Of a DNA stretch of 64,000 bases, positions 41,787 through 49,671 are shown piece after piece. Positions within the stretch are counted from its first letter, which is position 1. Each line of letters begins with the position of its first letter. This DNA comes from Vulcanimicrobiota bacterium (GTDB lineage: Bacteria; Vulcanimicrobiota; Vulcanimicrobiia; Vulcanimicrobiales; Vulcanimicrobiaceae), in NCBI GenBank assembly GCA_963733295.1, contig CAVTCS010000003.1, forward strand, positions 32,001 to 96,000, given 5' to 3'. A model generated the notes under the pieces. That model saw only the letters and a program-made list of their open reading frames with translations. It was not told where the DNA came from and searched no databases. A program made the position numbers and the translations under genes.

Positions 41787-42176
41787 ATGTACATTTCGGT
41801 AGTGACGCTCTTCGTCAGGGATGTCGATCGGGCAATCGATTTCTACACCAAAAAGCTCGGCTGGGAAAAGACCATGGATGAGCCGATGGGCCCGGACATG
41901 CGCTGGGTGACGGTCGCGCCCCGGGGAGCGACGACCTCGTTCACGCTGTCGACCGGTATCCCCGGCGATTCGGAGAATAGCGCCGGCGGCATGAGCGGCG
42001 TCATCCTCGAAGTCGACGACGTCTTCAAAACCTGCGAGCAACTCAAAAAAGCCGGCGTCGAGTTTCCTGACGGTCCACGCACCGAGCCGTGGGGCGCTTG
42101 GGCGATGTTCGAAGACTCGGAGGGCAACGTCCACGGATTGCACTCGCCCGTGCCCGCAGGCGTGAGCAGCAACTAG
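41787..42176 (+). CDS. VOC/glyoxalase family protein
   Basis: V-x-DVDRAIDFYTKKLG, RWVTV, EPWG, FEDSEGN. Confidence 0.92.
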   Translation: MYISVVTLFVRDVDRAIDFYTKKLGWEKTMDEPMGPDMRWVTVAPRGATTSFTLSTGIPGDSENSAGGMSGVILEVDDVFKTCEQLKKAGVEFPDGPRTEPWGAWAMFEDSEGNVHGLHSPVPAGVSSN

Positions 42177-42198
42177 CAGCGGCTGCTAGCGTCCATTC

Positions 42199-43176
42199 GT
42201 GCGGGTCAGCATCCTCGACGACTGGACCGGCACGCTTCGGACGCTTTCGTGCTTCGACAAACTCGCCGGCCACGACGTTACGATCTGGAACGATCGCGCC
42301 CGGGACGCTGACGCACTAGCCGAACGCCTGGAGGATGCGGAGGCGTTGGTGCTGATCCGCGAACGCACGGCACTCAAGGCTGAAGTGCTCGAACGGTTGC
42401 CCAGGCTGCGACTCATCAGCCAGCGCGGTGCTTATCCGAACATCGACATCGATGCGTGTACGCGCCTCGGCATTGTCGTGTCCTCCGGTCAGCACGAGAG
42501 AACGCCGTCGTACGCCGCGGCGGAACTGACCTGGGGGTTGCTCCTCGCCGCGCAGCGCCGCATCCCGCAACAGGTAGCCGCCCTCAAGTCGGGCCGATGG
42601 CAGACCGGGATCGGCCGGACGCTCCGCGGCAAAACCTTCGGCGTCTACGGGTACGGTGGAATCGGCGCGATCGTCGCCGGATACGCCAAGGCTTTCGGGA
42701 TGAACGTGCTGGTCTGGGCGCGCGCGACATCGCGCGAACGCGCGGAAGCCGACGGCTATGCGACGGCGCCCGGCAAGGAGGCCTTCTTCGAGGTCTGCGA
42801 CGTGATCTCGCTGCACATGCGGCGCAATCCCGCCACGGAAGGCATCGTGACGGCGAGCGACCTCGCGCGCATGAAGCCCGATGCGCTCCTCATCAATACG
42901 AGTCGCGCCGGTTTGATCGAACCCGGCGCGCTGGTCGACGCGCTCCGACGCGGCAGACCGGGGATGGCGGCGGTCGACGTCTATGAAACCGAGCCCCTGC
43001 CTAACGTCGCCGATCCGCTGCTCGCGATGGAAAACGTGATCTGCACGCCCCATATTGGTTTCGTTACCAGCGACGAGTTCGAGGTCCAGTTTGCGGAGAT
43101 TTTCGATCAGATCAATGCGTTCGCGGCCGGAAATCCGATCAACGTCGTCAATCCGGACGCGTCCGGCGCAGCCTGA
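42199..43176 (+). CDS. D-2-hydroxyacid dehydrogenase family protein
   Basis: IRERT, GYGGIG, NTSRAGL, DVYETEP, TPHIG. Confidence 0.92.
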   Translation: MRVSILDDWTGTLRTLSCFDKLAGHDVTIWNDRARDADALAERLEDAEALVLIRERTALKAEVLERLPRLRLISQRGAYPNIDIDACTRLGIVVSSGQHERTPSYAAAELTWGLLLAAQRRIPQQVAALKSGRWQTGIGRTLRGKTFGVYGYGGIGAIVAGYAKAFGMNVLVWARATSRERAEADGYATAPGKEAFFEVCDVISLHMRRNPATEGIVTASDLARMKPDALLINTSRAGLIEPGALVDALRRGRPGMAAVDVYETEPLPNVADPLLAMENVICTPHIGFVTSDEFEVQFAEIFDQINAFAAGNPINVVNPDASGAA

Positions 43177-43182
43177 CACCTG

Positions 43183-44046
43183 TCAGTCGAAGCTCGCCAG
43201 CGCGGTCATACAGGTCGCTCCGTCTTGATCGCGCGTTAGGAGCTCGACGCCCGAGTCCGCCGGCCGGGCGACGCACTCGAATTGGTCGGTGTCGAAGAGC
43301 GGCTTGCGCGACCGGAAGCTAAAGCGCGTAACGATTTCCAATGGGAAGTACTCGCGAACAAGGTCCATCAGGAGCATCGCTTGCAGCGAGCCGTGGACGA
43401 CGAGGCCCGGATAGCCCTCGACTTCGGTAGCGTATTGACGGTCGTAGTGAATCCGGTGTGAGTTCGACGTTAGCGCTGAGAACCGAAACAGCAAGACGGG
43501 ATCCGGCCAGATGGTTCTGCAGAACCTTGCGGATTCACTCGGCTCGGAGACGGCTTCGGCCGGTTGAGATGCCGGCGAAGGCGTCGCTTCGCGCTCGCCC
43601 GCGTAGACGATGTCTTGCTCCTCTTCGATCGCCAATCCGTCGCGTCCGAAAACCTCGTATCGCACGGTGACGAAAAGGAGCTGACCCGAAACGCCGGTTT
43701 TCGCTCGAATTGAGGCAATCGACGCAACGCGTTCGGCCACCCCTTCCAAGTAGAGCGGCTGGTGGAACGTGACGCGTCCACCTGCAAACATTCTTCTCGG
43801 CAACGTCACCGGCGGCATGAATGAACCGCGGCGACGATGCCCGTCCGGACCGAGTTCCGACTCGCGCGGCCACCGGTCGAAGTACACCCAGTGTCCTAAA
43901 GGCGGCAGAAGATGGCCGCCGGGCGCGAGCGCATCGAGATCGAGGTCGAGCAGTGCGGCGAGGTCGCGAATTCGATTCGTCTCGAGGATCTCGCGCGCGA
44001 ACTCTTGGCGGTCGAGGTACTCTCCGAAGGGCGTCGGTTCGCTCAT
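43183..44046 (-). CDS. Double hot-dog hydratase (mesaconyl-C4-CoA/itaconyl-CoA hydratase-like)
   Basis: LGPDGH, LPRRMFAGG, LFRFSALTSNSHRIHYD, EGYPGLVVHG. Confidence 0.88.
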   Translation of the reverse strand: MSEPTPFGEYLDRQEFAREILETNRIRDLAALLDLDLDALAPGGHLLPPLGHWVYFDRWPRESELGPDGHRRRGSFMPPVTLPRRMFAGGRVTFHQPLYLEGVAERVASIASIRAKTGVSGQLLFVTVRYEVFGRDGLAIEEEQDIVYAGEREATPSPASQPAEAVSEPSESARFCRTIWPDPVLLFRFSALTSNSHRIHYDRQYATEVEGYPGLVVHGSLQAMLLMDLVREYFPLEIVTRFSFRSRKPLFDTDQFECVARPADSGVELLTRDQDGATCMTALASFD

Positions 44047-44061
44047 GTCAGCGTCTTTCGG

Positions 44062-45093
44062 TCAACCAATCTTGAGCCACAGAATCAAGGAGTAACTCGT
44101 GACCGCCATGACCGTCGCCAGCAAAAAGCCGACCAGCATCGGTTTCAGCCCGAGACGGAGCATTTTCGCCAAATCGGCGTTGAGCCCGACCGCGGCCAGC
44201 ACGGCCACGATGAGAAAGGAAGCGGTGAGCGTCAGTGACTTTGCCAATTCGGGTGCCAGCACGCCAAAACTATTGAGGGCCGCCACGGCGATGAAGCCAA
44301 CGATGAACCACGGTACGGAGCGCCCGGCGGTTCGAAGAATCTGGTTCGGAGTGACTCCGCCTCCTTGAGCATACATGAAGCCGACCACCACCGCCAGGGG
44401 GACGAGGAGCGCCGTTCGCGTGAGCTTGACGATCGTTGCGACCGAGCCTGCCCCGGTCCCGAAAACGTAACCGGTCGCCACGACGACCGAGGTATCGTTC
44501 ACTGCCGTACCAACCCAGCTTCCGAATCGCGTCTGGCTCATCCCGAGCCAATGACCGAGGATCGGGTAGACGATGAGCGCGACGATATTGAAGCCGAAGA
44601 TCGTCGTGATGCTATAAGCGACCTCTTCGCTCTTAGCTCGCACGAGCGGCGCGATAGCTAAAATTGCCGACCCGCCACAGATAGCAGTCCCGGCTCCGAT
44701 GAGGGTGCCGATGGTCGGATCCAACCTGAAAATACGAGCGAAGAGAAGCCCGAGTGCGAACGCTACGACGACGAGAGCGACGATGAGGCCGACCGTCGTT
44801 GCTCCCGTCCGGACCAACGCCTGTACGCTAATGCCCGCACCCAGGAAAATGATCGCGGTTCTGAGGCCGTAGAAAAGCGTAAAGCTGACGCCCTTTTGAA
44901 TTTCCGCCGGCCGCATGAGATTCCGGACGATCAGACCGGCCAAAAGTGCGAGCACGACGTCAGGAACCGGCGCCGTGAATCGCGACAGGAGGCGAGCCGC
45001 GATCGCGATCGCGAGCACGAGGCCGATCCCGGGGAGCCACGCGGGAATTGCGCGTGCGCGCAGCTCGCTCTCCGGAGCGGCTAACGCGGGCAT
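44062..45093 (-). CDS. YeiH/UPF0324 (putative sulfate exporter family) membrane protein
   Basis: LIGAGTAICGGSAI, GTAVNDTSVV, VKLTR, PWFIVGF; start set at ATG 45093. Confidence 0.9.
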   Translation of the reverse strand: MPALAAPESELRARAIPAWLPGIGLVLAIAIAARLLSRFTAPVPDVVLALLAGLIVRNLMRPAEIQKGVSFTLFYGLRTAIIFLGAGISVQALVRTGATTVGLIVALVVVAFALGLLFARIFRLDPTIGTLIGAGTAICGGSAILAIAPLVRAKSEEVAYSITTIFGFNIVALIVYPILGHWLGMSQTRFGSWVGTAVNDTSVVVATGYVFGTGAGSVATIVKLTRTALLVPLAVVVGFMYAQGGGVTPNQILRTAGRSVPWFIVGFIAVAALNSFGVLAPELAKSLTLTASFLIVAVLAAVGLNADLAKMLRLGLKPMLVGFLLATVMAVTSYSLILWLKIG

Positions 45094-45304
45094 CGTAATA
45101 TCGCAAGCACTGTCGCCGGTATCTTCCCCAAGCCTCGCTGCGGTTGCCTTGTAAACGTCGCCACGGAGCGCCTGCTCAAGGGGCTTGCCCGAGCTTCGCC
45201 AAAAGAGTGCGTCTCGGACCTTGACGCACCGTACGCGTTGGGTCATTTTTCCGGTTTCTCGTGTCACTTTGCCCTTCGAGCCGCCGGCGCCTAAGGAGCA
45301 AGAT

Positions 45305-45499
45305 ATGGCGAAAGACCAGGCAACCGAGTATCTAAAGCACCTGCGCGATAAAGGGGCTGAACGGGAAAAGCTTCGCGATGCGGTGTTTGCGGAGATCGTT
45401 GCGGCGGGCGAGGCGGCGGGTTACAGTTTCACCGCGAAGCAGCTCGAGCACATTCTCAAGGTTCAGACGTTTGATGAATCCCGCGGATACGGTGGCTAA
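45305..45499 (+). CDS. Nif11-like peptide (putative RiPP precursor), 64 aa
   Basis: RBS AAGGAG; MAKDQATEYLKHLRDKGAEREKLRDAVFAEIVAAGEAAGYSFTAKQLEHILKVQTFDESRGYGG; IVA-x-x-x-x-x-GYSFT-x-x-x-L fits the Nif11 leader pattern; ends in GG. Confidence 0.75.
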   Translation: MAKDQATEYLKHLRDKGAEREKLRDAVFAEIVAAGEAAGYSFTAKQLEHILKVQTFDESRGYGG

Positions 45500-45528
45500 A
45501 AAGAGTTGTCCCCGGGAGCCGTGCGCCC

Positions 45529-46536
45529 GTGTATGCATCGAGGCTGTCTGACTTCCTCGTTCTTCTGAAGCCGCGCGTCGCAGCCGGCCTCGTTGACGCC
45601 TTCAGTCTGGAGCGCATCGAACGGATTGCGCGCTCGATCCCTGCCGCGGCTTTCGATCATGTCGGCTTCGAGCGGCGCTTGGACTCGGCGGACGCCGGCA
45701 CCGACCTGGCGTTCTCTCTTTCCGCCTATGGCTTGGAGTGGATCGAGTCCGCATCACCTTGGCCCGAGGTTGCGAGGTTCGCCGAAGATTGGGGAGTGGA
45801 GCGCACTCCCGGCCTTTGGAACGTTTGGCTCAGCTTCGATACTTCGACCGGCGAATGCGGCACTCGTCCACCAAACGTGTATTTGGATCTCGACCGATCG
45901 GCTGCGGAAGCGTTAAAAATACCTCGTTCGTTCGCTGTTGCCGAGCGCTTCACGCGATGTCTTGAAGCACTGCCGCCCGCAGTCACCCGGATTCAACTCG
46001 GCTTCATGCTCGCACGAGGCGCGGATGGACTACGCTTCTGCGCCAGGCCGCTCTCATTAGACGATGCTCTGAACCTGCTGGACGCGCTTCGCTGGCCCGG
46101 CGACCGCGCATCGGTCGCCGCGATCATGGAAGCTTACGAGCCTCTTTGCGATACGTTCTGTCTGCAAGTCGATGTTGGTTCGCGCACGCAGCAAAGACTG
46201 GGTTTCGAACTGCACTACAGCGGACGGCCTTGGGCCCGCCAACCTCCGCGTGAGGATCGTTGGTTCGCACTCTTCGAACGGCTCGGCGGCGCGGGCTTGT
46301 GCACCGATACGCAACGCGCCGCGCTCATCGATTGGTGCGCGACCGTGGAATACGAAGCGCCCCTTATCGAGCGTCTGATCGCTGCCGCACATCCGTCGGC
46401 CGACCGGCTGATCGCGGGGATTCTCTATACGGGGCTTCACTACATCAAACTGACGATCGACTCCAATAGGTTGCTTTCCGCGAAGGCCTACTTTGGTGCG
46501 ATTCTCGATGCGAGCGCGACGCGCCGAGCGTGTTGA
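45529..46536 (+). CDS. Hypothetical protein, putative ABBA-fold (aromatic/peptide) prenyltransferase
   Basis: 335 aa soluble protein; GFERRL, NVWLSFD, QLGFMLAR, LQVDVG, RLGFEL, HYIKL, AKAYFG with alternating helix/strand pattern. The CDS is secure; function is inferred from recalled family motifs and context. Confidence 0.55.
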   Translation: MYASRLSDFLVLLKPRVAAGLVDAFSLERIERIARSIPAAAFDHVGFERRLDSADAGTDLAFSLSAYGLEWIESASPWPEVARFAEDWGVERTPGLWNVWLSFDTSTGECGTRPPNVYLDLDRSAAEALKIPRSFAVAERFTRCLEALPPAVTRIQLGFMLARGADGLRFCARPLSLDDALNLLDALRWPGDRASVAAIMEAYEPLCDTFCLQVDVGSRTQQRLGFELHYSGRPWARQPPREDRWFALFERLGGAGLCTDTQRAALIDWCATVEYEAPLIERLIAAAHPSADRLIAGILYTGLHYIKLTIDSNRLLSAKAYFGAILDASATRRAC

Positions 46537-48650
46537 ATCTTGCGCGCAAACCGTCCGCTGCGCTTCCACTAGTCGCACTCTTTTGCGTGGCAGCCCTGTG
46601 GCTGCCGGCAAGAGCGGCCGATCGCACGGCTCCGTACGCGTTATCGGGAGTTCAGGCTCTCGACGAAGTTGGTCCGCCGCTCACGATCGAGGACGTCACC
46701 CGGGGAGCCGCTGCGCGAGACTTTCGTCCCGTCGACAGCCTGCCGAAGACGAGACAGTCGATCACGCGCTGGTATCGATTCACCGTGCCGCGAACCGATA
46801 ATTCGCGGCTCGTTCTCAGGTTAGAAGATGCCGTTAGCGATGCGGATCTGTACTTCCGGAGATCCGATGGCTCGTACGGACTCGTGCGTTTCGGCATGCG
46901 CGTCCCATTTGCGCAACGTGCCTTTCCCGCGGCTTGGCCCGTTGCGGAAATCACGCCGGAGATGAGGCAGGGGAGCCCGCTTTATCTTCGCGCGCTCGGT
47001 CCGTCGACCCGGCTCGCCGTCGAATCCGAAGAAACCTACGCGCAAAACCGAGTTAGCGTCGAGTTCGATACGCTCTTTTTCATCGGTTTCATCGCCTCGA
47101 TCGGTCTCCTGAGCTTCTTTCTGTTCGTCTATCTCCACGAGCCGACGTTCCGGCTTCACGCGCTGCTGATGGCCGTGACGATCGTCTACCTCTTTACGGA
47201 GAACACGCTCTCGTGGCAGTACCTCTGGCCGGCGGCGTCGATCGATTTCGCTACTGCCGATGCGGTGGCATTCACCGCCTATCTTTTGGCCGTCATGCTC
47301 TTCGCGCGAAGCTTTTTATCGCTCCCGGTCGAGCTGCCGGCGCTCGACCGGGCCATTTGGGCGGCTTTTTTGCTGAACGTCCTCTTGACGTTCGTCGTGG
47401 GGCCGTTACGACCGGGCTCCCAGGTTTTCAATTGGCTCACGCCCATCGCGAACGCCAGCCCGTTTCTCCTGATCTTCTTTTCAGCGATCGTCCGCCTTCG
47501 TCAAGGCTTCCGCGAGGCGCGGTTCTTCATCATCGGCTTCGGAAGCATGCTCGTCATTTTTATCGTGGCGGGAACGGTCAACTTTTTTTCGGATTTCCCT
47601 TCGCACACCGGAAACCAAATAGGTTCGTTGGGGCTCGATCTCGGTTTCGCCATCGACTCGATGTTCTTCCAGTTTGCGCTCGCGGATCGCGTGTTGGCGG
47701 CGAATCGCGGTCGCGACGAAGCCCAACGCGAGACGCTTGCCGCTCAGACCGCACTCTTGGAAGCGCAACACAGCTCGATCGAGACGCTCGAGAAGCACAC
47801 CGAATCTTTCAGCCGATTCGTACCGCATGAGTTTCTGGAGCAGCTCGGCCGGGCAGACGTCGTCGACGTGCAGTTGGGAGATCACATCCAGCGCGAGATG
47901 GCTATTCTCTTTTCTGACATCCGCGCGTTTACGGCGCTTTCTGAAACTATGACGCCGCAGGAGAGCTTCGACTTCGTCAACGGACTGTTCGCTCACGTTA
48001 GCCCCGCGGTACGCGAACATCGCGGCTTCGTCGACAAATACATCGGGGATGCCGTGATGGCGCTCTTCCCCAAAGCCGCAGACGACGCGATCGATGCAGC
48101 AGTTGCGCTTCAGGAGGCCGTACGCCGTTTCAACGAGAGCCGAGCGAAAGTTTTGCAGAAACCGGTTTCCATGGGAGTCGGCTTGCACTGGGGCACGCTG
48201 ATGCTCGGTACCATCGGTGACCGGCTACGCCTCGAGACGACGGTTATCGCCGACGCGGTCAACGTAGCGTCGCGTGTCGAGAGCCTCACGAAGGTTTTCG
48301 GGACGCAAATCGTCGTGAGCGGGGAGCTCGTTAGCGCGCTCCCGGATCCGTCGAAATACAGTCTGCGGCCGCTCGGTTCCGTGCACCTAAGGGGTGTGTC
48401 GCGAGAGATCGGCGTCGTGGAGATTTGCGATGCCGACGAACCGGAGCTGTTGCTCCACAAGATGGCGACACTCGAGGTTTTTGCGGCTGGGATTCGCGCG
48501 TATCAAGGCGGCGACAACGAGGCCAGCCAGAAGTTCTTCGGCCAGATCGTGGAGCAAAATTCAAAAGATTTGCCGGCAGCGTACTGGCAAGCGCGCGCCG
48601 CAGCACCGGGATCGCAAGCGGACTCGACCCGAGAGATTCGCCTTATCTAA
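46530..48650 (+). CDS. 7TMR-DISM extracellular domain + 7TM + class III adenylate cyclase
   Basis: Signal peptide; WYRF, DLY, G-x-x-VPF-x-x-R, LYLR extracellular motifs; seven TM segments with QYLWP; FSDIRAFT, DKYIGDAVMALF, GVGLHWG, DAVNVASRVE. Confidence 0.9.
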   Translation: MLNLARKPSAALPLVALFCVAALWLPARAADRTAPYALSGVQALDEVGPPLTIEDVTRGAAARDFRPVDSLPKTRQSITRWYRFTVPRTDNSRLVLRLEDAVSDADLYFRRSDGSYGLVRFGMRVPFAQRAFPAAWPVAEITPEMRQGSPLYLRALGPSTRLAVESEETYAQNRVSVEFDTLFFIGFIASIGLLSFFLFVYLHEPTFRLHALLMAVTIVYLFTENTLSWQYLWPAASIDFATADAVAFTAYLLAVMLFARSFLSLPVELPALDRAIWAAFLLNVLLTFVVGPLRPGSQVFNWLTPIANASPFLLIFFSAIVRLRQGFREARFFIIGFGSMLVIFIVAGTVNFFSDFPSHTGNQIGSLGLDLGFAIDSMFFQFALADRVLAANRGRDEAQRETLAAQTALLEAQHSSIETLEKHTESFSRFVPHEFLEQLGRADVVDVQLGDHIQREMAILFSDIRAFTALSETMTPQESFDFVNGLFAHVSPAVREHRGFVDKYIGDAVMALFPKAADDAIDAAVALQEAVRRFNESRAKVLQKPVSMGVGLHWGTLMLGTIGDRLRLETTVIADAVNVASRVESLTKVFGTQIVVSGELVSALPDPSKYSLRPLGSVHLRGVSREIGVVEICDADEPELLLHKMATLEVFAAGIRAYQGGDNEASQKFFGQIVEQNSKDLPAAYWQARAAAPGSQADSTREIRLI

Positions 48651-49597
48651 GGCAGGAAGCGAATCGCTCGCGCGAGCGAGCGCAGCACCGTCGAGCTCGT
48701 AATGAGGCGCTTGACGTCGGGATAGAGATCCCCAACGTCACCCTCTCGACGCCAGGGTTCTGGACAGTCGGAATTCGTGAGTCTGAGGATTGCGGAACTC
48801 GGCCAGCTCCCATCTCGCGCTTGGAGCTCGCAGAGCGCGCGAAGCCGGCGTTCGAGTTGCGCGCTGCCGTTCTTGCCGTCGATGGACAAACCGATTTCAG
48901 CGAGCAGAGCGATCGAGAACGGGTCGCTGCATTCCGGCAGCGCATCCACGGCACATCGCGTCGCTTGCAACTCCTCTTGCAAATTCGCTTCCGCCAGGAG
49001 CGTGACGTTCATGCAGGTGGAGTAGACGGGATTGGTCCACCAGAAGGACGGCCAAAGCTCGTCGACCCGAGCGCGCTTGACGACGTAGTCGAATCCGGCG
49101 CGCACGGCCGAGTTGCGGTCGTCGAAGCGCGTCAGCAGCGCTCGGAGCGCCACCGGCGTAACCTCCGGATGTGAAGACGCCCAAGAGTGCCCCGGCGGGA
49201 ACAGATCGGAATCGTAGGTAGCTAACCCGCCGTCCGGATTCTGGCGCCGCAAAAGAAACTCGTAGAGCGCCTCGTCGACCTTCTGGCCCGACGCCCGCAA
49301 GAACAGAACCGCCCAACCTGTCGAGTCGCTGTCGGCCGGGCAGAGCCAGTTGTATCCGGCGCCTTGCCGCGTCCGCAGGTCCGCCACCAGCCATTCTGCG
49401 GCCTTTGCGACCGCGTTCGAAACGCGAGGGTCGTCCGGGGCCGCCTCCGCGAGGCAAAAGCCGACGTAGGACGTCACCCACTCGTCGGACGGACCGATCG
49501 GGAAAGCGTAGTCAAGCCAGATTCCCGACGGCTCCTGGGCGCGGGTCAAGAATGCAACGGCGTCGTCGATCGCGCGCCGGGCACTCTGACGAGTCAC
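48647..49597 (-). CDS. Monodomain class II terpene cyclase-like (prenyltransferase/squalene-hopene cyclase repeat) protein
   Basis: QW-type repeats QEPSGIW, QNPDGG, QARDGSW; acidic PADSDST motif; ~316 aa single barrel; start GTG 49597 (RBS GAGGGG) or ATG 49615. Confidence 0.8.
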   Translation of the reverse strand: MTRQSARRAIDDAVAFLTRAQEPSGIWLDYAFPIGPSDEWVTSYVGFCLAEAAPDDPRVSNAVAKAAEWLVADLRTRQGAGYNWLCPADSDSTGWAVLFLRASGQKVDEALYEFLLRRQNPDGGLATYDSDLFPPGHSWASSHPEVTPVALRALLTRFDDRNSAVRAGFDYVVKRARVDELWPSFWWTNPVYSTCMNVTLLAEANLQEELQATRCAVDALPECSDPFSIALLAEIGLSIDGKNGSAQLERRLRALCELQARDGSWPSSAILRLTNSDCPEPWRREGDVGDLYPDVKRLITSSTVLRSLARAIRFLP

Positions 49598-49671
49598 GAT
49601 CCCCTCTTTAACCATCGACGCCGCTGCTTTCTCAGTTGTTCCTGAGGATTTTCCCTTAGGCTTCCAAGAGA

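Noticed and set aside
45497..45568. Stop read-through giving a core peptide after GG (KELSPGAVRPCMHRGCLTSSFF)
   Set aside because: The TAA stop is in clean sequence and the extension would overlap the next gene's RBS and start; unsupported without reads or homologs.
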